A stretch of DNA of 63,988 nucleotides, filler included, from Reticulomyxa filosa (Eukaryota > Protista > Foraminifera), in NCBI GenBank assembly GCA_000512085.1. It is 14 parts of 14 records of this genome, joined end to end, with 100 filler letters (N's around TTAATTAATTAA, not from the genome) between each part and the next. Parts side by side here need not be neighbours in the genome. Positions count along the whole stretch, not along the records: positions 46,152 to 52,961 come from ASPP01019424.1; positions 53,062 to 54,073 come from ASPP01008690.1; positions 54,174 to 57,888 come from ASPP01023990.1; positions 57,989 to 62,244 come from ASPP01006174.1; 10 more parts are not named here. One strand, written 5' to 3'. The position numbers and the translations under genes are program-made. Below are positions 49,201 through 61,171 of the stretch, in pieces; positions within the stretch are counted from its first letter, which is position 1; each line of letters opens with the position of its first letter. Under the pieces are notes generated by a model. That model saw only the letters and a program-made list of their open reading frames with translations. It did no database searches and was not told where the DNA came from.

Positions 49201-49837
49201 GATAGAGACACGAAGGGAAGACTTGCTTCGTGTCATTGATCAAGTCACAGAAGATCCAATTGCACGATTGTTATTACAATCAATGCACAATCTAAACTGG
49301 GAGGTAAAAGGATTTTGGAACGCTTCTTGTCGATTAGTCGGAATGACTGATGAACAATTAAGACAGATCATTAACTCTGAGCACTCTCACAATTCTGATC
49401 CACTTGCGCAAACACGAGCTTTGCGCGAATTGTTGCTGTTGGTGATCAAAAATGAAGATGTTGCCTCGCAATCTGATTTACAATTGTGTGTTGACATTTT
49501 GTTGCCAAATAACAACAATACTATTCAACAGCAAAGTAAAACTGCTATTGACAGTATCGAAATGTGGATGCAACAAAAGCGTTGTATCGATCAGTGCTTT
49601 TGCTTGCACATTGCACAGTGCATTGCCAAAACAGAGCAAAATACTGTCGATGTCCAATCCATTTGCAATCATTGCATTAATTTGTGTTTTAAACTGAAAT
49701 TGATTTCCAAAAAACAATATCGATTATGCCGTAACATTGTTAATGACACATCTCACGAAGGTCGTGCACGTGCTATTCTGGATCTTTCTACTCAATTGAA
49801 GTCGCGAGATTTTATTGCATATTTAGTCGAAGAATGA
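46285..49837 (+). CDS. Large helical hypothetical protein (~1180 aa if the frameshift near 48700 is corrected)
   Basis: 807-aa and 404-aa ORFs overlap across an A6 run; no recognisable motif. Confidence 0.75.
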
Positions 49838-50289
49838 AAACGCTCAAATCAATTTGCAGAAACAAACTGATAATATATACACATATATAATAAGTAAATA
49901 AATCAAATTGTTCAACAAAAATGTATTGTCTTATTTTTTTCTTTGCAATTGAATTGTGAAAATCATTCCCAAAAAAAATAAGCACTTCTTTCGCATTTTT
50001 TCAAAGGGTACTTTCTGATAAAACAAAAGATTACTTATGCTTTTCTGGATGGTCTTAATACCCGTTTTTTTACAAGTAAATCTTGATGTTTTTATCTTAG
50101 ATCACAACTTTTTCGCACAACAACCTTTTCAAAAATGAACTGGAAAATCACTTCGATCTGTTCAATGTGTACAAAGACACAATTTTGGAAAAATATATCT
50201 TTTCATTTATGTTTAGTCTTTTCTTGTGTCTATGTCTCTTTATGGGAAACTTGTAACACAATGCCATCAATTTTTTTTTTAATAAAAAA

Positions 50290-50500
50290 CAAAATTACTC
50301 GAATATGGGCTAGCACAATTCGATTATGGGATGTGTTCTAGAGATACAATTCAAATTGTTTTGTACAAACGTGTTAAAATAACAAAACATTCAATTATAA
50401 ATGTATTGTCTGGAGAACTGTCCATATTTTTAGTAGATTCAATGGGGCGCAATTTTCATCAGATAGTTTTAAAATGGTCTCTTATTCAGACGATGTTCGA
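50290..50500 (+). pseudogene. Scrambled WD40 remnant
   Basis: TRIWASTIRLWDV and AQFSSDS scraps. Confidence 0.35.
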
Positions 50501-50861
50501 ATATCAAATGTGTCTTTAAGGAGGCAAATTTAATTATGTTCATTTCCTTGCATGTTTGAAAATGAAAAATTGTGTATTGACTATAAGTTAGCATTCGAGG
50601 TGTGAGATACAAACTTTTTTTTGCAAAACGAAAGAGAAGCATAGTATCAATAAGCCATCATGAGGTACTAAAGTATTGAGCATTAAGCATTAAATATTGT
50701 GAAGGTTGATTGCATCCAAAAAAACATTTCTGTTGGATGGTGCGTCTAACCAACACAAAGGCAATAATAAAGACAAAACAAGAAAAAAAGATTTGATTTT
50801 CGGAAGAAAAAAAGAATAAGAAAACAAAACAAACAAAAGAAAACAAAAATCGAAATTTGCA

Positions 50862-52961
50862 CTAGTCCAATTTTGTTTTCAAGTACAAAGCTTGCAGTTC
50901 CTCGGAAATTGCAAAAGGAATGAGAGAGATCTTCCTCAATTCTTCTGCATAGGAATATAATTCATAACACTGAGCGGATAACCTTTCCAATTCCTTGAAT
51001 ATTGTATTTTGTGTAATTAAGCCAATGGTTTTAATTTGTTATTTGTTGTTTGTTATTTGTTGTTTGTTGTTTGTTGTTTGTTGGGAAAAACTAACTTGAG
51101 TATTTGCAGTATGTTTCAGGCCGGGCATTGGATTATACTTGAAAAAAGTTTTGATTTGATCTATCATAAACCACAATATTTTCATAACGCGCAAACAAAC
51201 ATCAGCGAGATGGACTTGAATCTCATTTGCGAAGCTACGAGCCGTTTTTGTGAAATGCAGCGAAAAGATGCCATCTCTTGACTGTGGCGTTGGAGTTGAA
51301 AACAATGGCAACACGCCAGCTTTTTTGATGCATTCCAGTGCGTTGTTGTAATATCCAGGGCCTTTGTTATAATAGTCAAAGAAGTTGGATATTTCAACTG
51401 CTGCAATTAAGTCGCTTTGCACATCTTCCGTCATTCTTTGAATCGATCCGATTGAGTCCATTTGTTTTGCCTTTTCATTCAACTTATATATATATACACA
51501 TAAATTATATAGTATTACTAGCAAATATCAACAAAAACAAACAAAAAAACTGCAAGCAATTTTTGGATGAATCCAGCAATAGCGTCTTTCTTTGAGTCGG
51601 AAATGGAGTCTGAACTGACCAAAGGAGAAAAGAGTTTGAACAGGGTGCGTCCGCATTGCAAATAGTCGCCAATGATGAGCAACAGCCAAATGGAGTGTTC
51701 TTCGTAGCCACGTGACAAAGCAACCGAGACGGCTTCCTTCGCCATCAACCGGGCACGAAGTGCGCCAAAGCGGGTTGCGATCAAACCGCCTTCTACGCCT
51801 CCAGAGTCGATTGCCCCCAAGTATAGGTTCAGTGCAGGTTTGCGATTTGGGTCTGCAAGTATGGCAATTAGTGTCTAAACAACAACAACAACAATAAAAG
51901 GATGAATATTTGAAATCCAAACTTTAGTTTTACGTATACATATATACATATACATATATATATATATATTATATATGTATACGTAAAACTAAACTTGACA
52001 TGAAGACGAGGTTCGAATGTACTCCAAGGTTTGTTCTTCCTTGGACTTTGATTTGGACATGCGGGATTGAAAAGGTGCAAACGACTGTTCGTCCAAGATG
52101 AACAAGTAGTGGAAGGAGTAGAAGGGGTCGAGTAGCAGTAGACGAAGAGCGACGGAGTGAAGAAGCGAGTGTAGACTGACGACGGAACTGGAATGTCTGG
52201 ATCGAGAAGGGAAAGGAGCAAGGAGATAGTCTTCAGTGACATGCAGCAGACCATAGTAGCGCAAGGCAATGCCCAAGTGCAACGACTCCAAAGAGCGGCG
52301 ACGTTGTTGTTGTTGTTGAAGCAATACAAGTACTGACTTTTCAAATTGTTGCGTTTGCAACAGCCACAAAGGATACAACAGCCAATTGTCTTGTTGAATG
52401 GCGATCTCTTCGCCTTCCTCCATTACCCATTGTTGCAAGTGTGCCAACGTCCAAGGTGTATAGCGTTCTTCAACGTCATCAACATTTACTTTGTCGTTGT
52501 TGTTTGTCGTTGTTGTTGTTGTTGTTGTCGTTGGATCGAAGCAACCACTCAGGCAATGCATTCGCTTCGTCATACAAAGTACTCAATTTGTACCATAGAA
52601 AATCCTCAATGGTTTCGATGACGACAGCAATGCCAAAGTCTTGCAGCTCCACGTCATTGAAGGGTCGATACACTTTTGCCAGCAAGGAGTAGATGACTAA
52701 TTCGAACGGGTCCGCTTTCGTTTTGTTTTTGTCGTTGCCGCTTTTTTTTTTTGGCTTTTTTTTGCTCTTGTACTCCTCCACCAAGCGTTTCCACACCGCC
52801 TCGTCCAGTGCAATGGCACGTTGGCTCAGCTTTTCAACCAACGCCATCCCGCTCTCTGCTTTGTTATCCGACCCTTGCTTTTTCCATTCTTCCAGCTGCG
52901 GCATTTGTTCCAATAGTGATTGCAATGCCGCCTTTATTGTATTTTCTTTCACACACACACA
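50862..52961 (-). CDS. NUP93: Nucleoporin Nup93/Nic96, C-terminal part, multi-exon
   Basis: DPFELVIY; TIEDFLWYKL; TLAHLQ; LY..LL.TQQFE.SV..L; SLHLGIALRYYGLL. Confidence 0.8.
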
Positions 52962-53061
52962 NNNNNNNNNNNNNNNNNNNNNNNNNNNNNNNNNNNNNNN
53001 NNNNNTTAATTAATTAANNNNNNNNNNNNNNNNNNNNNNNNNNNNNNNNNNNNNNNNNNNN

Positions 53062-53379
53062 CGATCTGGTCAACAAATTCAAGTGTTCAATGGACATACA
53101 AGTGAAGTGTTATCTGCTGAATATTCACCATTTGTAATAAAGAATATTGATGGTGATTCAAATGTGATATGTTCTGGATCATATGATAATACAATTCGTT
53201 TTTGGGATATTCGATCAAATAAGAATCAATTGTATATCATCAAAGGAGATGAGCAAGAAGATGGAATAAGATGTCTTAAATTTATTGAATTGAAGAAGAA
53301 AGAGAAGACTAAGAACGGTACGTATGATTTGAGTTTGTGTTATGGTTCATTCAATGGTCCCATTCGGATTTGGGGATAA
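53062..53379 (+). CDS. WD40 family-B protein, C-terminal fragment
   Basis: FNGHT..V...EYSPF...NVICSGSYDNTIRFWDIRSNKN...YGSFNGPIRIWG*. Confidence 0.9.
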   Translation, partial: RSGQQIQVFNGHTSEVLSAEYSPFVIKNIDGDSNVICSGSYDNTIRFWDIRSNKNQLYIIKGDEQEDGIRCLKFIELKKKEKTKNGTYDLSLCYGSFNGPIRIWG

Positions 53380-54470
53380 TTTGCTGTTTTGTTGGACAAG
53401 AAATAAAAGTTTTTTTGTTTGAAAAATTTGATAAAAAAGGAAAGTAAGTTATTCGATTTATTGAGCACACACTAAAAGATATGTTTTATTTTGTTTTGTT
53501 GTTTAAAAAAGTTGAAAAAACAGCGTTCAATTTTTTTTAAAAGAAATGAAAATTCTATATAAATATTCCAATTACATAATAAATGTATTTAATCATGACA
53601 ACAGAGTTGATAATTTTTCATTTTGCATTGCATAACACACTTTTTATATGAAACTTATTCAAAATTGAGTTTGATAAGATTAGGACAGATCAATGGTTTA
53701 GATATATGTTAAGCAAAACAATTTAATTTTGACATAGAGTATTGAATAAGGGCGCATCTGGAACCTCGTTCCTTGTGTTCTCATTAGATAATTTCTTCAT
53801 ATCAAATTCAATTTTATGAATATCATCAAAACATACCAAATTAAAGTGTCCTAATTCAATCAATTTAATTATCGAATTATGCAAAGCAAATATATTCTTC
53901 CAGATATCATATTTTACAATAGGCTTTTACATCATTTGAATAAGTTTGATTTATAAAAAGTGGTTAATGAGTTTTAAGTTCAGTGTGAGTTTTTTAATTC
54001 TCTCTTGCAAATGCAAGCAGGTTGAAAAGAAGAACAAACAGTAATAATGATTGACTTTTGTAAAGTTGGATTTNNNNNNNNNNNNNNNNNNNNNNNNNNN
54101 NNNNNNNNNNNNNNNNNTTAATTAATTAANNNNNNNNNNNNNNNNNNNNNNNNNNNNNNNNNNNNNNNNNNNNTTTTTTTTTTTCCCTAGGGGCAAAGCA
54201 AAGTTGTTTGCAATTTCGCATGATTTGTAATGTCCAATTAATTAAAGGAAAGTTTTCACACCTTCGATTACAAAAAAAAAAAAAAAAAAGAGCCACTTTC
54301 TTTTTTCAATCGACAATGGGATCATTGCAAAGCAAACAAACAAATAAAACCATGGCAATACAAGCACTAAAATTACAATGACAACTGGTTTATGAGCACC
54401 TCTTTTTTTTTTTTTTTGTGCGTGTGTATGTGTCAGTGGACAAAAGATAAAAGAATGGGATATATTGAAT

Positions 54471-56450
54471 TTATTCGGTTTGATAATGCAGCTGATGGAC
54501 GCGATGGGTGTTGTTTGGCAGTTTGTTGAGAGAGTGAAGAGAAGTGGGAGGAGGAAGGACTGATGAAACGGATGCAGGAGGAGGTGGAGCAGCTAGTTGG
54601 GAGGACAAATGAATAATGGAGTGATTGAGTTGTCTGACGGAATGGTTCAACTGATTTGCGGAGTCAGTGAATGTGCAAACCATAGTGCTCAGCTTATCGA
54701 TGGAGTCAATTAGTTTATCTATCGTCGTGCCTTTCACACGAACAAAAGGCTCTTCTTCTTCTTCTTCTTCTTTATCTACATCGTCGTCATTGTCATCGTC
54801 GTGTCGATTATGGCCATGTCTATTCTCCTCTTTGGCATTGACAACATCTCGTTGTTGTTGTTGTTGTTGTTGTTGTTCGGACTCGTGACGATGCGAAAAT
54901 AAGTGAAGGGAAGTGTTCACGAACTGTGTGCCGTCTGACGGACGATTCACAAATGGTGGTAATGAATCGTCCATTTGCAATGATTGCTGTTGAATCTTGG
55001 GATTAGATTGCAACACCGATTTGTCTTGCACTGGCTCCATTTTTTTCTCGTCCTCCATTTTTTGTTTATTCTTATTATTCACATTAGTATTATCATTGCC
55101 ATTGTCATTATCGTCATCCTCATCATTATCATCATTATCATCATTATCATCATTATTATCATTATCATCATTATCATCATTATCGTCATCATCATTGTTA
55201 TCGCCATCATTAGTATCTTTCTCATCATTATCGTCATCGTCATTGTTATCATCTTTTTCTTGCTCTTCTTGCTCTTGTGGCTCCATCTGTGTTTGGAATT
55301 CATCCTCTTTTTGCTCGTCTTCTCCAATTGTCACGATGAGATTGGAATCGAGGAAAGTTAGGTCTTGCATGTAAAGGAATCTGAGTGCTTTCTCTTTCGT
55401 TTCGCAACGGATTCGATACACGTTTTGTTTGTCATCATAACTTAGTGACTCGGTTTCTTCCATTCCGAATAAGTCCCTTACATCCCTTTCCTTTATTCTC
55501 GGCAGATTGCGGATCACCACCGTCTGTCCATTTCTTGGCTTACTCCTTAGTACATACATACGTACACATAATACATGTATACTCTTGCTCTCTCTATTTC
55601 TGTCTTACTCCAAACTTTTGCATACAATCCCAAACTGAGAGCTCTGAGTTTTCGGCTGGCTCTGTTTTGCTGGGACTGTTTTTTTGACAGGCTCCACATT
55701 TTTGCCTTCATCTTTGTTGTTCATTTTCTTTTTTTTATTTATTTTTTTATATAAAAAAAAAATTTATAAAAACTGAGACTCTATTTCTTTCTCGTCCCTT
55801 TTTTTTTTTTGATCTACTTTTGGGACACACATAAAAAAAAAAAAACACGAAACATTGAGTTGGTTGAATTTGGTAAAGACATCTGGAATGGTGACTCGGA
55901 TGATTTGAAGGGGCTTGATTTGATTTATCCCTTTCCCTTGCTTGCACTGTTTATATCTCCTCTGCAAAAAATCCTTTTTCGATTTTGCAATAATTTCCAA
56001 TTCCAATGTCAAATTCGATCCGGGTATCTCTTTTGGATTTAGTTGTCGCAATACTTCTTCGTTCTTTATTTCTTCACGGAGCCCCTTTGAATTCTTTTGT
56101 GTACGTATATGTATATGTACATGTTGTTTTTATTCGGATTAACTCCCAATGCAAGATATATACATATATGTACAGCAATGCAAATCGATACGTTTTCCCT
56201 CTCTCTTTTTCTCAACGGTAAAGTACACTCGCACGATGCTACTTGGGCTAACACTCGTAGACTCCTTTACTACGTTTATGAATGCTTCCCATTTCTTTAA
56301 AAATTAAAAAATCGAATCATATCCAAGTCATACATATATAAAAAAAAGGTTAATGCAATCTTTTCACAAACTTACCTCAATCTTGCTTTCTGTGAATGCG
56401 GACATTTGCTTCTTAAAAATAATGAGCAAAAATGGATTTTTTTTCTCATG
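54471..56450 (-). CDS. RRM-like domain protein with D/N-rich low-complexity tract, multi-exon
   Basis: TVVIRNLP...ERDVRDLF...IRCETKEKA..L...IVT in 54471-55559; upstream exonic fragments inferred. Confidence 0.55.
55085..55252. repeat. Degenerate (TCA/TTA/TCG)n trinucleotide tract coding poly-D/N
   Basis: Seen directly in the sequence. Confidence 0.9.
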
Positions 56451-56889
56451 CTCCGTCCCTTCTTTTGTTCTTTCTCTTGTTGGTGTCGCAGTAGTCAGTC
56501 GGACAGAACTTCAAAACTCCGTATTTAGAATTAGTGAAAAAGAATTTCATAGGTGTTACTGCAACAATTTGTGAAATACAACACGGCTAATATTTTTACG
56601 CAAAATTGAATTTTTTTAAAAAAAAGTGATATAAACCTTGCAGTATAGGGGCGTAAGGAAAAGACAAAAATGAATAAAAACGGAAAAATCAATATTTGTC
56701 AAAAAAACACTTGTTTCCAGAACTGAGAATTGTTCAAAATTTTTTTTTTTTTAACCAGCGAAACAGTGGAGTTTTGTGAACGTCTGAGTATGAAGTTTAG
56801 GAACCCTTTTTTTTTTCTTTTTCTAAAGCTTGCTTGTTGTTCACTCGTTAATTTGTGAAAAAATTATTATTAATCAGGAAAAAAAAAAA

Positions 56890-57727
56890 ATGAGTGAAAG
56901 TAATGAGAACCCACCCGCGCCAACAACAGAAAATGTAAATGAGGAAAAACCGCAACAAGAGGAAACAGTATTTGTTTCAGCGAATGAATCAGAATATGCA
57001 AATAACGAAGATGTCCAGAAAAAAAACAAGACTCAAGAAGAAATAGGAACAGTTGAAGTCCAGCAGCAAAGCTGAGACATTTCAATTTAATGTTGGTATT
57101 GCACAATTAATTAGGTATTTTCTTTTTAAGAAATTTCTTTACGCGAATAGTTCGAAAAAAAAACGTATGTATGCATAACTTAAAAAAAAAGTATATACGT
57201 ATAACAAAAGAACATACATACGTATGATAAAAAAAATATTTTAATTATGAATGCCATTTATTATAATGATGAAATTTGTTTGATAGAGTTAATACCAAGT
57301 GCGAGTGATGCAATATACAAAATAAGATACATATCGCAGACGAACCATGAAATGTTTGAGAAATAGAAAGAACTTAAAATTGAAATTATCACCGATCAGA
57401 TGAAAAGTTGTTAATAATGATAGATGCTGAGATCGTGATGAAGAAAGAATATATTGTGAATAAACTTGGAACAATTTCCCGAAATTAGATAAAATAATTT
57501 ATTGAAGCAATATCTGCATGTGCAGAAATTTCTAGTATATGCTAGTTTTGTGTTATCTTTTATAGCGCATATTTAGTAAGTGAGCTCGTATTTGTGATAA
57601 GCAAGCTCAACGATGATAAACAATATGTGGGAAAGTACATCTAGATACACTGTTAGTGTTCGTAATGATAGCGATAACCCTTACTAAATAAAACGTTGTA
57701 CCGATTATACTTGTACTTAAAAGATTA
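56890..57727 (+). pseudogene. HSP90: HSP90 pseudogene (N-terminal ATPase domain, intron retained), truncated by a Tc1 end
   Basis: AETFQFNVGIAQLI; ELIPSASDAIYKIRY; VNKLGTISR; FIEAISACAEISSIC*FCVIFYSAYLVSE.V.VISKLNDDKQY. Many stops; absent from the ORF track. Confidence 0.92.
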
Positions 57728-57729
57728 TA

Positions 57730-57888
57730 CATTATGATAAAAAAAAAAGTTGACACATAAAATGCCACCTTATATAGATTATTGTGTTTCTCCAAGAAAA
57801 AATAACATTTAATCAAAATTTTTTAAAAAATATATACAAATTGTGTAGTTTTTAAATATCATTTTGGTTTTTTATTAAGTCTTTCTAA
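57730..57888. mobile_element. Diverged terminal inverted repeat of the Tc1 family seen at 34097-35143, cut by contig end
   Basis: TA|cattatga...aaagttgacacataaaatgccaccttata...tacaaattgtgtagtttttaaatat aligns with 34097-34250. Confidence 0.85.
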
Positions 57889-57988
57889 NNNNNNNNNNNN
57901 NNNNNNNNNNNNNNNNNNNNNNNNNNNNNNNNTTAATTAATTAANNNNNNNNNNNNNNNNNNNNNNNNNNNNNNNNNNNNNNNNNNNN

Positions 57989-58021
<33 letters not shown>

Positions 58022-58075
58022 GTTTATTGTTATTATTATTATTGTTATTGTTTTTGTTGTCACTTATTATTGTTC

Positions 58076-58612
58076 TCATACTTTGGCGCGCAGCCACTTT
58101 CCACCAATAAATTTTTGCTTTGCTACCATTTGCTTGGCTGATTCGAAAAAAGGGATGCACAATGGCTGCAGTTGACTTGGGAAGGATGGCTTACTGGCGA
58201 AACGAGTGTTTCCAAAAGCTGAGGCATTTGCTGCTGTTGATGTTGTTGCTGTTGTTGCTGCCTTTGGTGTGGCCGTCGTCGATTTGTCACTACCTTCCGC
58301 TTGTGCTTGCGATTGACCGCGCTTTATTATTTTATCGATTGCTTTAAATCCTGTCACCGAATCGTCCAACACTTGGTACACTTCAATCAGGCCTCGAAAT
58401 TTACCAGTCTTTGGGAAAAAGTGAGACACTGGCAGCGTGTTGTTCGAGTTCTTAAACTTCTTCTTCTCACCTTCCTTCACTTCTGTTGCTATCACCGTTA
58501 TCGTTGTATCCACCGCGTCTTTCACTTGTGCACCTATGGCATCCAGAGTTGACCCAACTGCATCTAATGTTGAGCCCACTGCATTCCTTGCTCCGGCTAG
58601 AGCTTGCCACAT
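58076..58612 (-). CDS. Hypothetical protein, N-terminal part
   Basis: MWQALAGARN(AVGSTLD)x2..., T/A-rich linker, likely introns; continues beyond the contig. Confidence 0.55.
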   Translation of the reverse strand: MWQALAGARNAVGSTLDAVGSTLDAIGAQVKDAVDTTITVIATEVKEGEKKKFKNSNNTLPVSHFFPKTGKFRGLIEVYQVLDDSVTGFKAIDKIIKRGQSQAQAEGSDKSTTATPKAATTATTSTAANASAFGNTRFASKPSFPSQLQPLCIPFFESAKQMVAKQKFIGGKWLRAKV

Positions 58613-59143
58613 CACAATAAATAATCGAGAAAAATGTATGTATTTGTAATAACTAATAATAATGACCAAAAAAAAACTTCTTGCACAAAGATAAAGTTTA
58701 AAACTTGTCGTGATAAAAGTGGTAACTGATATTCTTATTTCACAATCAACAGATTTTCTTTGTCATTTAAAATGAGAGGCACGCAAAGATTAGACTTTGA
58801 GACACTTTTTCTCGTTTTGGATAATTACAATTTTTGATTTAATAGTAGTTTTAATTTTTTTTTGAATGTATTAATGTGGGACACAAAATTACATAATTAT
58901 TTTTCCAAAACAAAAACACAGCATTTGCTTTATCGTAGATTTCAAATATAAATATATGCTAAACCTTCAAATATTAAGATAGACGCTCGAATTAACTTAA
59001 AAAAATATTAACAACAGCAAATGACTTCCGGTTTATCAGAAATAGTAACTCTCAGCATCATTGAAGATTGATGAGTAATCTTTTTTGTCATAAAATCAAT
59101 TAATTAAAAGCTGTCTAAACAAAAACTCACTAAGTAAAGACAA

Positions 59144-60735
59144 ATGCCAGGAACCTTTCAAAAACCGTTGTGTGTGTCAACAACTTTAAACAGCCCGGAA
59201 AGGGCAAGCACTACCTCTAGATCAATGTCCCCTGAATTTATTTTTGGTACGAAGAGCGTGGGTGCCCCTTCTCCTCCGGAGAAGCGAACTGGGAAACCAC
59301 GATCTCAATCCTTTTTGATTCATCGTCCCGAATTTTCAGCAAAAGGCCTGCCGTTGAGTAAAACTCCCAAGCCGGACCGAAAGCCACGATATTCGATGTT
59401 ATCGTTCCAGGAATCCTCCGAAAACATCAAGACGAGGCCAATCAAGTCAACCCCTGCAAAAGCTGAAAGCCAAGAAATTGTCGAGCTGTCGCTGAATGAC
59501 ATATCTAAACTCCAAGAACTGCGAGAAATTTTCAAAGAGTTTACTAGTGCACTGTCTGTGCAAGAGCAGCTGCTAACAAAAAATTTTACACCGTAGAAGC
59601 AAATACGAATAAGAGCCTGTTGATTGACAAGCATGGATTACTTTGTCGCATCCGACAAATTGGATTGGCAACCGGAAAGCGATTGGAGGAGCTCCAAAAC
59701 GAGCAAAACTTGGCCATGGAAAAGATGAAAGAAATTTTGGAGTTTGAGACAAATGCCAAATCCCAACATAAAAAAGCATTGGAGTTACAAATAGAAGTGG
59801 ACAAAGAGATACAAATCATTCAAGAGAAACAAGCAGTTGTGGATGCCGAATTGGCAAAAGCGCAGCCTGCCATTTGTGAGGCCAAAAATGCTGTTGGGAG
59901 CACAAGTTAAGGTAATGTGAGTTGTTTCTTTGTGTTTTCATTATTATTACATTGTTATTATTTTTAAAAAATAAAAAAAATAAAAAAAGAGTGCGTATAC
60001 ATATTTTGCAAGACCCACTCACTCAATAAAACGTACGCAAATATATACGTATATACAAAAAAAAAAAAAAAAAGCAAAAACAGATTGGAATGAATTGCGC
60101 GCATATAAAAATCCCAAGGATGTATTGAAAACAGTAATGACAGTGGCTGTTGGTAACGAACATTTATTTGTTTATACGATGTGCCCTTTTTTTTCTGTTT
60201 TTTATTTTTTTTAAAAAAAACAACTAAAAATAAAAAAAAAATGATGAATAAAGCATTGGTAAAAAATGACTCCAAAATATTGTGTTTGGGGACAAAAGAC
60301 AAAAAATCGACTCATCCCCCTGGTCAAGACGACCATTGGGCTGAAATCAAGCGCGAAATAAATTATGACTTGGTCAAAAAGCTAATGAGTTTTTTGGATA
60401 GCAATGCTGCAGAAGATCTGGATCCCAAAGTTGTCACTTTGATCAAAGAAATACTAGAAAATATCACTTATGAACAAGCTGTCAATGCATCCAAAGTTGC
60501 TGGGCCTGTGTTTTTGTGGATCAAGTCCGTTCTTTTTTACTCCGAACTGCTTGTTGAAATTGTTCCTTTGAAAGACCATATTTGGGAACTCAAAGAGCGA
60601 TGGAAAGACAAAAAAGATGAAATGGCTTTGCTCAAAAGTCAGGAGATCGAATTTGCTGACAAAATACAAAAGTGCCGCGGAGAAATGCTTGAAATGACTG
60701 GATATAAACAAAGTGGGGGGTATTACTTTTTATGA
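59144..60735 (+). CDS. Stand-alone dynein stalk plus microtubule-binding-domain protein (~440 aa); introns 59906-60074 and 60153-60253; 1-nt frameshift near 59580
   Basis: IQEKQAVVDAELAKAQPAICEAKNAVGS-TTKTDWNELRAYKNPKDVLKTVM...W..IK...YEQAVNASKVAGPVFLWIKSVLFYSELL..IVPL aligns with dynein heavy chain CC1-MTBD-CC2. Confidence 0.85.
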
Positions 60736-61171
60736 AAACTTTTTGTTTTTGCTCTCGTATTCATAATTTTTTTTTTAGTCAAAAGATCTTAACTGTGATA
60801 GTGTCCTTGTTTAGCATTCATTTTTTTTAGAAGTTTGTATGAATAATTTCTTGTTAACGTAGTTGCGTATATGAATAAGGCGTGTCATGAGATTGTACTA
60901 CAATTTGATTTCTACTCACCATCTCAAGTATAAGTTTTATATTAACTCTTTTACTGCAGTGCTTATAACCACTTTCACTCGATTACATACGGTATATATT
61001 TTTGTAGACTCTGAAACTAAGTCAAGTCAGTGGGACCAAAGCTCGAAAAAATCCTATAATAAAAAAGGGGGATAAAAGCAAATAATCAAATTTTACTCCT
61101 TATCCCCACAAGTGTCCTATTTTCATTTTTTTGCAACAAAAACATCAAATCAACCATTTGGTGTACTTATA

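Noticed and set aside
54984-55374. Poly-Ile and poly-Ser/Leu ORFs (also 62853-63781)
   Set aside because: Alternative-frame readings of D/N trinucleotide tracts.
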